From assembly GCA_049860595.1 (NCBI GenBank), contig CP187551.1: a DNA stretch of 64,000 bases. One strand, 5' to 3'. A program made the translations under genes and the position numbers. Shown piece by piece: positions 33,132 through 45,083 of the stretch (its first letter is position 1; each line of letters opens with the position of its first letter). Under the pieces are notes generated by a model that was not told the origin of the DNA, ran no database searches, and saw only the letters and a list, made by a program, of their open reading frames with translations. The stretch comes from Methanocaldococcus sp. 16A (GTDB lineage: Archaea > AGJL01 > Methanococci > Methanococcales > Methanocaldococcaceae).

Positions 33132-34292
33132 TTATCTCACTATTCTTAAATAGCTTATAATTCCAACAATAATTGAAAATATTGCTGAAAATTTATACAT
33201 ATTTGCTATCCCCAAAATATCAGCCAAAAATCCAAACGATACTGCACCAATAAACATGCCAATGTTTATACTCGTTGTAAAAATCCCCATAGCTTCTCCT
33301 TTTCTATGTGTTGGAATGTCTTTAACTGCGAGAGATGTTGTTGCAGTGGATGATATTGAGCTACCAACTGCTACAATTATTAAAGAAATTATCATACTCA
33401 AAAAAGTTGTTGAGATTGAAAGCAAATACATTCCAAGAGATATCATAAAAATTCCTATAATTATCATCACATTTCCAAATTTATCATAAAGCTTTCCAAA
33501 ACTTCTTTGAAGCAAAGCCATTAAGATATTTGTTGATGCAATCATAACTCCTACTTGTGATAAAGTTATACCATAGTTAGTTGCATACAATGCCAAATAA
33601 GCAAAAATTCCTGCATTTATCATTACATTAGATGTGTTAATAATAAAAGAAGCCAAAAAATTTCTATTTTTTAAAAATTCAAATGAAAATAAATTGGATA
33701 TATTTTTAGCATCCATCTTTTTTGTATTTTCATTGAAAACAATATCTTCCAACTTCATATAGCTTATAATTGCCGCCAAAATCCCTAAAAATCCACAAAA
33801 GTAAAATGGTGTTTTAATCCCATATATATCTGCAAGAAATCCGCCTATAAAAGGACCTACACCAAAACCTAATGTAATTGCAGAATTAAAGATTCCCATG
33901 TATTCTCCTAATCTTGTTTTTGGAGCTATTGCAGCTATATAAGAACCTGCTACTGGCGTTACAAAGGATGAAAAAATTCCTGTGAAAGTCCTTACAATTA
34001 AAAGACCTAAAACTGTACTAACAAAATTATACATTAAGGTAAAAACTCCATAAAAAAATGTCCCGCAAACAATAAAAAACTTCTTTCCATATATATCAGA
34101 TAAAACTCCAACAGGAATTTGAGCTACTGTTCTCGCTAATGCAAATGAACCAAATATCAAACCAATTTGTAAATTTGTAGCTCCCAATGTTTGGGCATAT
34201 ATCGCCATAATTGGAGCTATAAAACCAACACCAAGCATGGTTGTAAAGGTAGTAATCCAGATAACAAATACATTCTTCTCTAATTTTCCCAT
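33132..34292 (-). CDS. MFS transporter
   Basis: About 12 TM helices; motif A GVLSDIYGKK. Confidence 0.9.
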   Translation of the reverse strand: MGKLEKNVFVIWITTFTTMLGVGFIAPIMAIYAQTLGATNLQIGLIFGSFALARTVAQIPVGVLSDIYGKKFFIVCGTFFYGVFTLMYNFVSTVLGLLIVRTFTGIFSSFVTPVAGSYIAAIAPKTRLGEYMGIFNSAITLGFGVGPFIGGFLADIYGIKTPFYFCGFLGILAAIISYMKLEDIVFNENTKKMDAKNISNLFSFEFLKNRNFLASFIINTSNVMINAGIFAYLALYATNYGITLSQVGVMIASTNILMALLQRSFGKLYDKFGNVMIIIGIFMISLGMYLLSISTTFLSMIISLIIVAVGSSISSTATTSLAVKDIPTHRKGEAMGIFTTSINIGMFIGAVSFGFLADILGIANMYKFSAIFSIIVGIISYLRIVR

Positions 34293-34374
34293 AAAACCAC
34301 CTAAACATCAAAATAAAAAATAATAATTTTAAAATTAATAAAATTAAAATTAAAAAAGGAAAAATAAATTATTT

Positions 34375-36042
34375 TTATTGTTCTTTTATTCTATTTTTTC
34401 TTCTAAATTTATATCCTACAGCTAATACAATGGCAATAACTGCTATTATTCCAAACAATATCCAATAACTTCTTGAATTTGGGTTATTAACTACTATAAC
34501 CTTTAACGGCTCTTGATAGACATAGACGTTGTCATCTCCCTCTTCACTATCTCCTGCACATCTTATTTCAATAGTTATTATATAAGGTTTTGATTTGGCA
34601 GATTTATCTACATCTATAACTATAGCTCCTGTTCCTGTTTGGTTAGGGTAAAGAGTTCCTATAGAATCACTTTTAATCGGATAATCAAAAGGCTGTCCAG
34701 AGTTTCTAATTGCTGAAATCTTAACTCTCTCTGCCTTCTCACTTCCTATATTTTTTATTTTTATATAAACGGTGTTTTCTTTTCCAGCAGTTACATTAAC
34801 TTCTTTTGTTATAATCTCAAATAATGGCTTTGGTTTAACATAGATATCTATTGTTTTTTCAGTTTTGTATTCTTTATCTGAGGGGTCTAAATAGCTAATT
34901 TCAATTGGAAGCTTATAGTGTTTAGCGGAGGCATATTTATCTACATCTACATAGAAAGAAACTGTTTTTGAAACTCCTGGTAATAAGTTGCCAACATCTT
35001 TTATATTACAGTTGCTCCAGCTATCTTTAAATGGATTATTCGCTATTAATTTTAATTTAACATCCTTCGCCTCTGCATGGCCATTGTTAGTTATTGTTAC
35101 ATCAATTCTCACATAGGTTGTTCCTGGCTTTATCTCTTTTGGGTCAGTAACAACATTTGATATTCCCAATAAGATATCTCCTTTTACATAAGCTCCAATA
35201 GATATTTGCTCTGCCCTTTTTGTTCCATCTTCATCTATCCATGTAATCACTGCTGGGATTTGATAACAGCCATCAACTAAATTGCTTGCGGTGTGTAATT
35301 TTAAATTAATTACTCTACTATCATCAGGTTTTAAAGCTCCTAAGTAATACTTTGTTTCTCCAACTGGTGAGATTGGTAGATTAGATATAGGAATAGGGGT
35401 TGGGTAGTAAATAGTTTCTTCTATGTTTTTTGTTGTTCCGTAAGCAGAGATAGTTGTTGATTCAGTTCCGGCATTAATTGAGTTTAAAGAATATCCAATA
35501 TACAGATTAACTTCTTTAGCTGTCCCTGTTCCAGTATTTTTAATTATAATTGGAACTGTTTGAGTTTTTGAAGGAATTAAGCTAAAATTCCCATTAATCT
35601 CAAAACTTGCAATTCCATAAACTGGGAGATAATATGGTTTAGTAAATTCATAGTGATGAGTTATCTCTTCACCATTTTCTTTATCAACCTCATCATAACT
35701 TACTTTTACATCTATTCTATAATCTCTTGAAGGAGCATTCTCATCTACATGTAGTTTGAAATATACAGTATCTGATTCTCCAGGATTTAGATGGCTAATT
35801 GTTGCTCTCCCTTTAATTGGATTTACTTGCTTTAACTCAAATGGATAATGTGGAGATATCTCAACAACTATATTTTTCACTTCATTATCATAATTATTAT
35901 TAGTTATTTTAATCCACAAATCTACATCATCCCCTGGATGAATAATATTTGGCTGATACTGGATTTCATCTACTTGTAAAGCATAAACACTTGAAATAAA
36001 AACTAAAGATAATAAAAATATTTTTATTTTATTGGTTATCAT
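34375..36042 (-). CDS. COG1361 S-layer-domain family protein
   Basis: Signal peptide, repeated N.G...AK.V Ig-like modules, C-terminal TM anchor. Confidence 0.8.
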   Translation of the reverse strand: MITNKIKIFLLSLVFISSVYALQVDEIQYQPNIIHPGDDVDLWIKITNNNYDNEVKNIVVEISPHYPFELKQVNPIKGRATISHLNPGESDTVYFKLHVDENAPSRDYRIDVKVSYDEVDKENGEEITHHYEFTKPYYLPVYGIASFEINGNFSLIPSKTQTVPIIIKNTGTGTAKEVNLYIGYSLNSINAGTESTTISAYGTTKNIEETIYYPTPIPISNLPISPVGETKYYLGALKPDDSRVINLKLHTASNLVDGCYQIPAVITWIDEDGTKRAEQISIGAYVKGDILLGISNVVTDPKEIKPGTTYVRIDVTITNNGHAEAKDVKLKLIANNPFKDSWSNCNIKDVGNLLPGVSKTVSFYVDVDKYASAKHYKLPIEISYLDPSDKEYKTEKTIDIYVKPKPLFEIITKEVNVTAGKENTVYIKIKNIGSEKAERVKISAIRNSGQPFDYPIKSDSIGTLYPNQTGTGAIVIDVDKSAKSKPYIITIEIRCAGDSEEGDDNVYVYQEPLKVIVVNNPNSRSYWILFGIIAVIAIVLAVGYKFRRKNRIKEQ

Positions 36043-37193
36043 TAGACATCACCTTTTAATCTCTTAATAAATTGCATTATGTATTTTTCTTCAATAACAA
36101 TCAAAGCTGGTAATAATGTAAGAACAACAACCATACAGAATGTTATCCCTAAAGCACAGACCTTTCCTAAGTTTGCCATCATTGGTAATGGAGCTAAAAC
36201 CAAAGCTAAGAAACCAACTACTGTTGTTGCTGTTGTAGCCATAACTGCAGTTCCTGTTTCAACTACAGCTGTTTCTATTGCCTTATCTATTGAAGCTCCT
36301 TTTTTTCTTTCTTCATCATACCTATGCATCAAATGGATACCATAATCAATACCCAACCCTAATATTAGAGAGCCAATTCCAGCCGTTGCCATATCCAACG
36401 GAATATCTAAAAGCCCCATAGCCCCTCCAGTCCATATAACAGCTATAAGCACTGGTAAGAGAGGCATTATTGAAGATAAAGGCTTTCTGAAGTAGATAAT
36501 TAATATTATTAAAATCCCAATTAGACCTACTGTCGTTGTAAATCTCTGGCTTTCTTTCATCAACTCATCCAACAATTTTCTCATTGGAGGAGTTCCTGTT
36601 GCTATAACTTCAACTCCTGGAGGAAAGGGAGTATCTTCAATTCTTTCATTCACATCCTCCATAACTCTCATGAGCTTTTTCTGGTCTCCCCCTGCATCTG
36701 TATAAGCATTAACAATAGTCATTGAATAATCAGAATTGAATATCTTCTTTCTCTCATCTTCTGGAAGCTTAGATAGAATATTTTTAACTGTATCTATGTC
36801 ATTTGGCACAACACCATTATTTTTTTGAATTATAATATCAACAGGAGAATTTACATTAGTTATTCCATCCACATATCGTAAATTGTCTTCCAATTCTTTA
36901 ATTGCCTTCAAAACTCTTGGGTCTCTTATATCAACAACTTTATCACTGCTATCCGAAGGTTTTAGTTTTATACAAATAGTTATGACATCAGTTCCCCCAA
37001 ATTCATCCCTAACTTCATATAAAGTTTTTATTATAGGATTATCTTGAGGAAGCATTTTCTCAAAGGCTGTTTGGGATTTAACATTAGTTGCTGATACCCC
37101 AGCAAATACTGTTATAATTAAGATGATTAGAAGCATTAAGAATGGCTTTTGTTCGGAAAAATGAGCAACTTTTTTTAATATTTCTCTAAGCAT
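36042..37193 (-). CDS. RND/MMPL-family (HAE3) exporter, single-repeat
   Basis: GLGIDYGIH motif; TTVVGFLAL. Confidence 0.85.
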   Translation of the reverse strand: MLREILKKVAHFSEQKPFLMLLIILIITVFAGVSATNVKSQTAFEKMLPQDNPIIKTLYEVRDEFGGTDVITICIKLKPSDSSDKVVDIRDPRVLKAIKELEDNLRYVDGITNVNSPVDIIIQKNNGVVPNDIDTVKNILSKLPEDERKKIFNSDYSMTIVNAYTDAGGDQKKLMRVMEDVNERIEDTPFPPGVEVIATGTPPMRKLLDELMKESQRFTTTVGLIGILIILIIYFRKPLSSIMPLLPVLIAVIWTGGAMGLLDIPLDMATAGIGSLILGLGIDYGIHLMHRYDEERKKGASIDKAIETAVVETGTAVMATTATTVVGFLALVLAPLPMMANLGKVCALGITFCMVVVLTLLPALIVIEEKYIMQFIKRLKGDV

Positions 37194-37215
37194 CAATACC
37201 ACCATTATAAAAAAA

Positions 37216-38267
<1,052 letters not shown>

Positions 38268-38286
38268 AATATCACCAGTTTAGAAT

Positions 38287-38304
38287 GTTCAAAAATTTTT
38301 GAAC
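38287..38304. promoter_or_regulatory. Perfect 18-bp palindrome, putative operator
   Basis: GTTCAAAAATTTTTGAAC between a TATA-like element and the RBS of the fmdE-gbsR-RND-COG1361 run. Confidence 0.6.
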
Positions 38305-38463
38305 TAATTGAATAAAATGTAATTAATGGAAATATATAGGCTTTACTAAAATCAGTTAAATTAAATATTAAAACCTATAATTAAAAATAATTAAAAAGAT
38401 GAAAAAGTTATTTGTATCCTTATAGCTTTTTATTTATTATAAACAAAAACATAAGGTGATGTT

Positions 38464-38967
38464 ATGGAAGTCATAATTAAAGCAAAAGTAAAACCAACTG
38501 AAGACAAATACAAAGTTAAAAAAGCTATCTTAAATATATTTCCAAGGGCAAAACTAAACTTTATTAAAGAAGATAACGAGTTTGGAAAATGGGAGGGAAA
38601 AACTAAGAATGTAGAGAAGCTAAAGGAGCTTTTAAGAAGTCAAGCAATATTAGATGCTGCAAGAATGGTTTTAGAGAAAGGAATGACAGAAAATTCAACT
38701 AAATTTTATTTAAATAAACAGGCAGCCTATGTAGGAGCTGTGAATTTTGACATAGACACACATGGTGGAATATTTGTTAAGATAATCGCTGATGAAAATG
38801 AAGACATTATGAAGATAATTAAAGACATCGCCCCAAGAACTAAAGGAGGAGTTATAATTAACGAAGATGAATTAGAAAATGAAGAAGAAAAAGAAGAGAC
38901 TGAGGAAGTTAAAGATGAAGATAGCAATTTAAAAATAAAAATAATAGATAATTCAGCCGGTGATTAG
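38464..38967 (+). CDS. UPF0201 RNA-binding protein (L5-like)
   Basis: PTED..KV..AI.NIFP; ILDAAR; NKQAA; APRT. Confidence 0.85.
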   Translation: MEVIIKAKVKPTEDKYKVKKAILNIFPRAKLNFIKEDNEFGKWEGKTKNVEKLKELLRSQAILDAARMVLEKGMTENSTKFYLNKQAAYVGAVNFDIDTHGGIFVKIIADENEDIMKIIKDIAPRTKGGVIINEDELENEEEKEETEEVKDEDSNLKIKIIDNSAGD

Positions 38968-40515
38968 ATGAACAATAATGAAATTATTGGATACACAATA
39001 GGAGAAACAAGGATTGATGAACTAACATTTTTGGCTAAAGAAGCTCCTAAAGTAGGGGATTATGTTAAAATAAATTATGACAACTCTGAGCTATTAGGAA
39101 TGGTTGAAAGCACAATTCAAGGAAACATGGCTTTAGAAGATATTTTAAGTATAGAGCATTTAGAGAAGATTAGAGAATTTGAAGATAATTCCTCTTATTA
39201 TATTTTAGGAAAGATAAAAGTTTTAGGGGATATTAGGGAATTAAATAATAAAAATGGGGCTTTAAAGTTGCCAAGAGTTCCACCAAAGCCAGGAATACCA
39301 ATTTATAGAGCAGATGATAATATATTAAAAAAGGTTTTTGGTAATGGACATTTAAAAATAGGGCATTTAGTTACAAGAGAGGATGTTGAAGTTAAGTTAG
39401 ATGCAAATAAATTATGTTCAAGGCATTTGGCAATATTGGCAATGACTGGGATGGGTAAATCAAATACTGTAGCTGTTTTGTTGAGAGAGCTAAATAAGCT
39501 TAAAGCAACTGTTTTAGTTTTTGATATGCATGGAGAGTATAGAGACATATATTGTGAAAGTGAAAAACTTAGAGTTCATGTTATTGAGCCAAAGATAAAC
39601 ATCTATAGAATAAATGATGATGATTTATGTGATTTGGCTGGCGTAGATGTTCAAGCAACAAAGCAAAGGCCATACATAAGAAAGGCGATTAAAGAAATTA
39701 AAGAGAAATTTAAGGAAAGTGATTTCAGCACAGTTGAAGAATATGTAAATGCAATTATTGGAAAGTTAGAAGAATATAAGGTAGATGACAACTATAAAAA
39801 AGATGAAAGCAGCATACAAACAGCGATATTTAGATTGGAAGATATGTTGCAGTTTAGGAAAAATATTATAACTCTCCACTATAATCCAATAAATGACATT
39901 AGAGAGCATTATATCAACATAATTCCAATGGAAGAATTGGATGAGAACGCTGTAGATATTGTTGTTTCATATATAGCAAAGGCAGTTTTAGATGATAGAA
40001 AAAGGATTATTATAGAGAGAGGAAGAGATTTTGCAAAACCAATATTCATGATTTTTGAAGAAGCTCATTTAATAGCCCCACAAAATAGAAAAACAAGGGC
40101 TAAGTATTATTTAAGCAGAATAGCAAGAGAGGGTAGAAAGTTTGGAGTGGGCTTATGTTTAGTTTCACAAAGACCTAAAACCTTAGATGCTGAAACTTTA
40201 TCACAGTGTTCTAACTTAATAATATCTAAGCTTATTGAGCCAACTGACCAAAAACATGTTCAAATGGCTTCAGAAAATTTGAGTGAAGATTTGGTTAAAC
40301 AATTAACAAGCTTAAACATTGGAGAAGCTATAATATTAGGACCTTGTATAAAAGTACCTGCAATAGTTAAAGTAGATAAATTTGATGGAAAATATGGAGG
40401 AGAAGATTTAAAAATTGTTGAACTTTGGGAAAAAGATTATATAGAATCAATAAATACAAAAAAATCTGATAAAATAGACGATAGTGCATTTGGAGATGAT
40501 GATTTATTTTCTTAA
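38968..40515 (+). CDS. HerA/FtsK-like ATPase (HAS barrel + DUF87)
   Basis: RHLAILAMTGMGKS; DMHGEY; EEAH; REGRKFG; SQRP. Confidence 0.88.
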   Translation: MNNNEIIGYTIGETRIDELTFLAKEAPKVGDYVKINYDNSELLGMVESTIQGNMALEDILSIEHLEKIREFEDNSSYYILGKIKVLGDIRELNNKNGALKLPRVPPKPGIPIYRADDNILKKVFGNGHLKIGHLVTREDVEVKLDANKLCSRHLAILAMTGMGKSNTVAVLLRELNKLKATVLVFDMHGEYRDIYCESEKLRVHVIEPKINIYRINDDDLCDLAGVDVQATKQRPYIRKAIKEIKEKFKESDFSTVEEYVNAIIGKLEEYKVDDNYKKDESSIQTAIFRLEDMLQFRKNIITLHYNPINDIREHYINIIPMEELDENAVDIVVSYIAKAVLDDRKRIIIERGRDFAKPIFMIFEEAHLIAPQNRKTRAKYYLSRIAREGRKFGVGLCLVSQRPKTLDAETLSQCSNLIISKLIEPTDQKHVQMASENLSEDLVKQLTSLNIGEAIILGPCIKVPAIVKVDKFDGKYGGEDLKIVELWEKDYIESINTKKSDKIDDSAFGDDDLFS

Positions 40516-41847
40516 TATTTTCTTTTTCCTATGCTCAATAATAATCTTTCCAATGTAAATTCCAAGTATTGTAACAGACAACATTATCCAAAAATCTAAT
40601 GGAAATCCAAATATTTTAGTGTGATGCAATATCTCCTCCTTCCCAGAAGTTAATAGCAAAACATGAGCTGCTTCCAAAGCATAGACACCAAAAATACCAA
40701 TCTCTAAAACTTCCATTGCCTCTCCAATAGCTACTTGATATTTGGTATTTTCAGCTAATTGATTAGCAATCTTTCTTTCTAAATCTTCAGATATAGTTGT
40801 TAACAACCTTGTTAAGCTTGTTGCCAGGCTACTATTACTTGCTAAAATGTTTTCTATCTCTGCAATTCTATAAATAAGACGTTTTAACTTTCTTTCCGCA
40901 TCAACTTTCTCCAAAATCATTAAATCAAAATCTCCAAAGTTTGGAGGATATGAGGAGTTTAAAAATTCAATAATTTCTTTTAAATATCCACAAGTAATCT
41001 CTATAACTGATAGTTCTCTATCTATCCTACTTAACTCTCCTCTAATTTCAGTTATGTCTTCTAAATCTACACCTGATTCTAAAGTATTACTAATAACTTC
41101 CAACTTTGATGCTATAGTGTTGAGTTTAAAGAATAAATCTCTTGAAACTCCAGTAATACTCCTTATAAATGGATAGTAGTAGATGAACTTTTCAAATTTC
41201 TCTGGGTTTGGATTGGAGATTAAGATTCCAAAGTCTCCAAAGATTATTAAGCCATCATCTACCTCAATTACATTTTTAACTGCTCCAATAACTTGACTAA
41301 TCTCTACCAAAGTTTTTTCATTTATGTCTATTTTTGTTTCTGTTAAAATGGTAACATGCTTATAAACTTTTATTTCTCCATATAATGTCTCTAAGATATA
41401 TCTTTGTGGTGGAGCAATTAAATGAGATATAATTCTTGAAGAATCTAAGATTAAATCAGGGATTATAAATGAGAGGTTGTCTAAGCTTATAAAATCCTCT
41501 TCATTTTCAGCTTTAGTTATTTCAGATGCATAAATACATCTTCCAAGGTAATCAACATATATAAAAACATCCTTCTTCCCTTCTCCTTTCATTTCAGCAG
41601 TGAATTTTACAGAAGTTTCTGGAATAAAATCAATAATATTTACTGTTGTTTGATATTCAGTAGTTTCAAAAATTGCTTTATCCCTTATATCTCTTTTCTT
41701 TGATGCTGTGAAATATTTAATTCTCTTTCTTTGATACTCCTTCAAAGTAATCCTATCTATGAATTCTGTCATGTAGTTTTTACCAAAAGGAATCCACTCA
41801 GTCAAAATTACCTTTGGATTTTTTATTTTCACAGCCCTGTATCCCAT
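40504..41847 (-). CDS. Hypothetical membrane protein with CorA-like architecture
   Basis: Soluble alpha/beta N-terminus, long heptad helices, two C-terminal TM segments and a basic tail; no GMN motif. Confidence 0.5.
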   Translation of the reverse strand: MGYRAVKIKNPKVILTEWIPFGKNYMTEFIDRITLKEYQRKRIKYFTASKKRDIRDKAIFETTEYQTTVNIIDFIPETSVKFTAEMKGEGKKDVFIYVDYLGRCIYASEITKAENEEDFISLDNLSFIIPDLILDSSRIISHLIAPPQRYILETLYGEIKVYKHVTILTETKIDINEKTLVEISQVIGAVKNVIEVDDGLIIFGDFGILISNPNPEKFEKFIYYYPFIRSITGVSRDLFFKLNTIASKLEVISNTLESGVDLEDITEIRGELSRIDRELSVIEITCGYLKEIIEFLNSSYPPNFGDFDLMILEKVDAERKLKRLIYRIAEIENILASNSSLATSLTRLLTTISEDLERKIANQLAENTKYQVAIGEAMEVLEIGIFGVYALEAAHVLLLTSGKEEILHHTKIFGFPLDFWIMLSVTILGIYIGKIIIEHRKKKILRK

Positions 41848-42350
41848 AATGATACCTTCATTATGTAGCTTTTTGATTTGTAGCTGATTTTATCAATGTT
41901 TGTAATTTTTATCTCTATGTTTTCTTCTTTTTTTGATTTTATTATTATCCCATCTTCAGTAATTTGAATTTCTTTTAAATATCCATTTTCTAATAATGTA
42001 TTATCAATTATTTCTTTATCTTTTTGGCTAAAATTGTAATCTATCTTTTTTCCAATGCTATATCCAATAATAAATTCATTTAAACCTCTAACTGATAACA
42101 AAATCTCATTTAAATAGTTGTTATCTAAAAGGTAGTTTAAATCGTTTATTGCATCGTAAGAGATATTTATGAATTTTATATTATCTTCCCACATAAACGG
42201 TGTTGGAGCATAGTCATATTCTTTAAAAACATCCAATTTTATAAAATAATATATAAGAGCATATAAAACTGTTTGTTTTATCCACTTCTTATTGTCTCCA
42301 TTTGTTAATAAGTTGATGATGTAGTGTATCTTTTGCCTGTTTTCATTCAT
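41829..42350 (-). CDS. Hypothetical protein (possible winged helix)
   Basis: ORF overlapping both neighbours; helix-rich N-terminus; DLNYL..NNYL. Confidence 0.65.
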   Translation of the reverse strand: MNENRQKIHYIINLLTNGDNKKWIKQTVLYALIYYFIKLDVFKEYDYAPTPFMWEDNIKFINISYDAINDLNYLLDNNYLNEILLSVRGLNEFIIGYSIGKKIDYNFSQKDKEIIDNTLLENGYLKEIQITEDGIIIKSKKEENIEIKITNIDKISYKSKSYIMKVSLWDTGL

Positions 42351-42352
42351 TG

Positions 42353-42874
42353 CTACCACTCATTAATAACTTCATATATAGGGCCGTTTGGAGTTAAAGT
42401 TGATTTATAAAGCTTTATGTGTTTTGCTTCAAATTCTCCAAAGTCAATATCTTTATATTTCTCAATTCTATCTTTTAATTTTTTCTTATTGTCAATGAAT
42501 TTAACTCTTCCTATTGTTAAATGTGGAACATATTCTCTCTCTTTTTTAAATCCTAAGTTTGATAGTTTTTTATCAATGTTTTTAAAAATCTCTATAAGTT
42601 TCTCATTCTCAGCTCCAATCCAAATAACTCTTATATAGTTAGAGTTTGGGAAAGTTCCAATGTGTTTTAATTTTATTTTTATTGGCTCAATTGATAAATC
42701 CAAATCCAATATTTCTTTTAATTTTTCTTCATCAACTTCTCCCAAAAATTTAACTGTTATATGCAGATTCTCTTTTTCAACTAACTTTATCCCTTTCATT
42801 TTAAAATGCTCCTGAAATTTGGCAATCTCTTCTTTTAAATTTTCTGGAATATCTATAGCTAAAAATAATCTCAT
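42353..42874 (-). CDS. thpR: RNA 2',3'-cyclic phosphodiesterase (2H family)
   Basis: MRLFLAI; two HxT motifs ([15 protein letters not shown]); GPIY. Confidence 0.92.
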   Translation of the reverse strand: MRLFLAIDIPENLKEEIAKFQEHFKMKGIKLVEKENLHITVKFLGEVDEEKLKEILDLDLSIEPIKIKLKHIGTFPNSNYIRVIWIGAENEKLIEIFKNIDKKLSNLGFKKEREYVPHLTIGRVKFIDNKKKLKDRIEKYKDIDFGEFEAKHIKLYKSTLTPNGPIYEVINEW

Positions 42875-42882
42875 ACTACCCC

Positions 42883-43035
42883 TCAATATCTTATTAATAT
42901 AGGAATTCCATCAACTATATCATAAGCTCTATTGCATTTTTTACATATTAACTTATTTTTGTCCTTATCTAAATATAAATCTCCTCTGCAATAGGGACAT
43001 TGTAATATTTCTATATATTTCTCAATCCAATTCAT
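42883..43035 (-). CDS. Trm112-like zinc-binding protein (50 aa; absent from the ORF track)
   Basis: Hand translation MNWIEKYIEILQCPYCRGDLYLDKDKNKLICKKCNRAYDIVDGIPILIRY; CPxC/CxxC and DGIP motifs. Confidence 0.85.
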   Translation of the reverse strand: MNWIEKYIEILQCPYCRGDLYLDKDKNKLICKKCNRAYDIVDGIPILIRY

Positions 43036-43156
43036 GGTATCCCACTATTTCTTTATTAACAAACTTTTAAATTTTATAATAATATTCTTTATCTTAATTC
43101 AAGACATTTTTAATAAAAATTTAACAAAAAAGTTTAAATAGTATTAAATACATTAA

Positions 43157-43184
43157 GTATGATGTTAATAGATTTGAGTAATAA
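43157..43184. promoter_or_regulatory. Putative NikR operator
   Basis: GTATGA-N16-TAATAA versus the NikR consensus GTATGA-N16-TCATAC; just upstream of the nikM RBS. Confidence 0.65.
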
Positions 43185-43200
43185 TTAAAAGGGTGGTAGA

Positions 43201-43863
43201 ATGCACATACCAGATGGATATTTAGGACCAATAACTTGCGCATTTTTTTATTTAATAATGTTATACTTTTGGTATAGAGGAATAAAAGAATTGAAAAAGT
43301 TACATCCAAAGCAAATACCCTTGTTAGGGATATTAACAGCGTTTTCATTCTTGGTAATGATGTATAATCTTCCTGTTCCAGATGGAACAACTGCCCATAT
43401 GGTTGGTGGGACATTAATAGCCATATTAATGGACAACCCTTGGGTAGCAACAATAGCAATATCTATTGTACTATTTATTCAAGCAATATTCTTTGGTGAT
43501 GGAGGAATAACAGCATTAGGAGCTAATTGTTTTAATATGGGTGTAGTTTTACCATTCGTTGGTTATTACACTTATAAATTCTTAAGAAATAAGGTTGGTG
43601 ATGTTATAGCAAGTGGTATAGGAGCATATGTGGGAATAGTAACAGCAGCAATTGTTGCTGGCTTTGAGTTTGGATTACAACCATTTATCCAGCCAGGTTA
43701 TTGTCCATATCCATTTACAGTATCAGTTCCTGCAATGGCATTTGCTCACTTAACAACAGCTGGTCCTGCAGCTGCGGTTGTAACTGCAGTAGTTGTATGG
43801 TATGTTAAAAAGGCAAGACCTGATTTATTCGAATTAACGAAGAAATCTATGGAGGTGAGCTAA
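43201..43863 (+). CDS. nikM: ECF nickel/cobalt transporter substrate component (NikM/CbiM)
   Basis: N-terminal MHIPDGYL; GTTAH; GDGGITALGAN. Confidence 0.85.
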   Translation: MHIPDGYLGPITCAFFYLIMLYFWYRGIKELKKLHPKQIPLLGILTAFSFLVMMYNLPVPDGTTAHMVGGTLIAILMDNPWVATIAISIVLFIQAIFFGDGGITALGANCFNMGVVLPFVGYYTYKFLRNKVGDVIASGIGAYVGIVTAAIVAGFEFGLQPFIQPGYCPYPFTVSVPAMAFAHLTTAGPAAAVVTAVVVWYVKKARPDLFELTKKSMEVS

Positions 43864-43864
43864 T

Positions 43865-44206
43865 TTGATAGATTTTAAAGATCCATTAGTTAAAAAATTT
43901 TTATATGTGATTATTGCCATGATTATATTATGTCCTCTTGGAATTCTATTAGTATGGAACTATGGTGATGCTTGGGGAGAATGGGATGTTCATGAATTGG
44001 CAGAAAAAGTTCATGCTAATATTCAAGGTATGGAAGAACTTTCAGGAATTTGGAGTTATGCAATCCTTCCAGATTATGATGTTCCAGGATGGGATGACCC
44101 AGTTAAAGCGTCAATTGGTTATATAATTTCTGCAATTGTTGGAGTTATCTTATGCTTAGGGGCGTTTTATGGATTAACTAAAATCGTATATGCAAATCGT
44201 ACATAA
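43865..44206 (+). CDS. nikN: PDGLE-domain component (NikN-like)
   Basis: AWGEW and LPDY.VPG motifs, two TM helices. Confidence 0.75.
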   Translation: MIDFKDPLVKKFLYVIIAMIILCPLGILLVWNYGDAWGEWDVHELAEKVHANIQGMEELSGIWSYAILPDYDVPGWDDPVKASIGYIISAIVGVILCLGAFYGLTKIVYANRT

Positions 44207-44246
44207 TTATTTTTAATATTATTTTTTTATTTTTTTAATAAATTAG

Positions 44247-45083
44247 TTGGTGAAGCATGTGAAATTAATAAATAAAACAATTGAGCATGTAATAAAATAT
44301 ATCAGTGAGGCCGTTTTTTCAGAAAAATTTGCAAGAAATAAAGATGGTTTTTTACAAAAATTAGACCCAAGGATGAAAATGATGGGGTTAATTTTGTTAG
44401 TTATAACAACCGTTTCAATTAAGCACATTGAAGTGTTGTTATTTTTATATTTTGTATCTTTAATTTTTTGTTTATTATCAAGAATTCCTTTGATTTATTA
44501 TATAAAAAGAGTTTGGCTATTTATTCCTTTATTTACTGGGATAATAATATTTCCAGTAATATTTTTGACTCCAGGACATCCAATTTATGTAGTTTTAAAA
44601 AAACCTTATGTAGCCATTACCTATGAAGGTGTAAAATATGCATTATTATTTACACTTAGGGTAGCCACTGCAATATCATATACAGTTTTAATTACATTAA
44701 CCACGAGATGGGACGAGATAATGAAGGCACTTAACAGTTTAGGAGTTCCAGATATTGTTATAACTATAATGACGCTCGCATATAGGTATATATTTCTTTT
44801 ATTAAACAATGTTTTAGAAATGATGTATTCAAAAAAATCAAGATTATGTAGAAATTTAAAATTAAAGGAAAGTTGGATTGTGGCTGGTAAAAGTATGGGA
44901 GCTCTTTTTATAAAAACTCAAAGAATGGGAGAAGATATTTATTATTCTATGCTTTCAAGAGGATACTTAAATGAACCAAAGATTTTTACAGATTTTAAAA
45001 TTAAATATTATGACATAATCTTTCTATGTTTTATAATATTAATATCATTTATTTCATTAGGTTATGATAGGTTGATACTATGA
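44247..45083 (+). CDS. nikQ: ECF transporter T component (NikQ/CbiQ)
   Basis: LDPR.K; LAYRYI; SR...SRG motifs. Confidence 0.85.
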   Translation: MVKHVKLINKTIEHVIKYISEAVFSEKFARNKDGFLQKLDPRMKMMGLILLVITTVSIKHIEVLLFLYFVSLIFCLLSRIPLIYYIKRVWLFIPLFTGIIIFPVIFLTPGHPIYVVLKKPYVAITYEGVKYALLFTLRVATAISYTVLITLTTRWDEIMKALNSLGVPDIVITIMTLAYRYIFLLLNNVLEMMYSKKSRLCRNLKLKESWIVAGKSMGALFIKTQRMGEDIYYSMLSRGYLNEPKIFTDFKIKYYDIIFLCFIILISFISLGYDRLIL

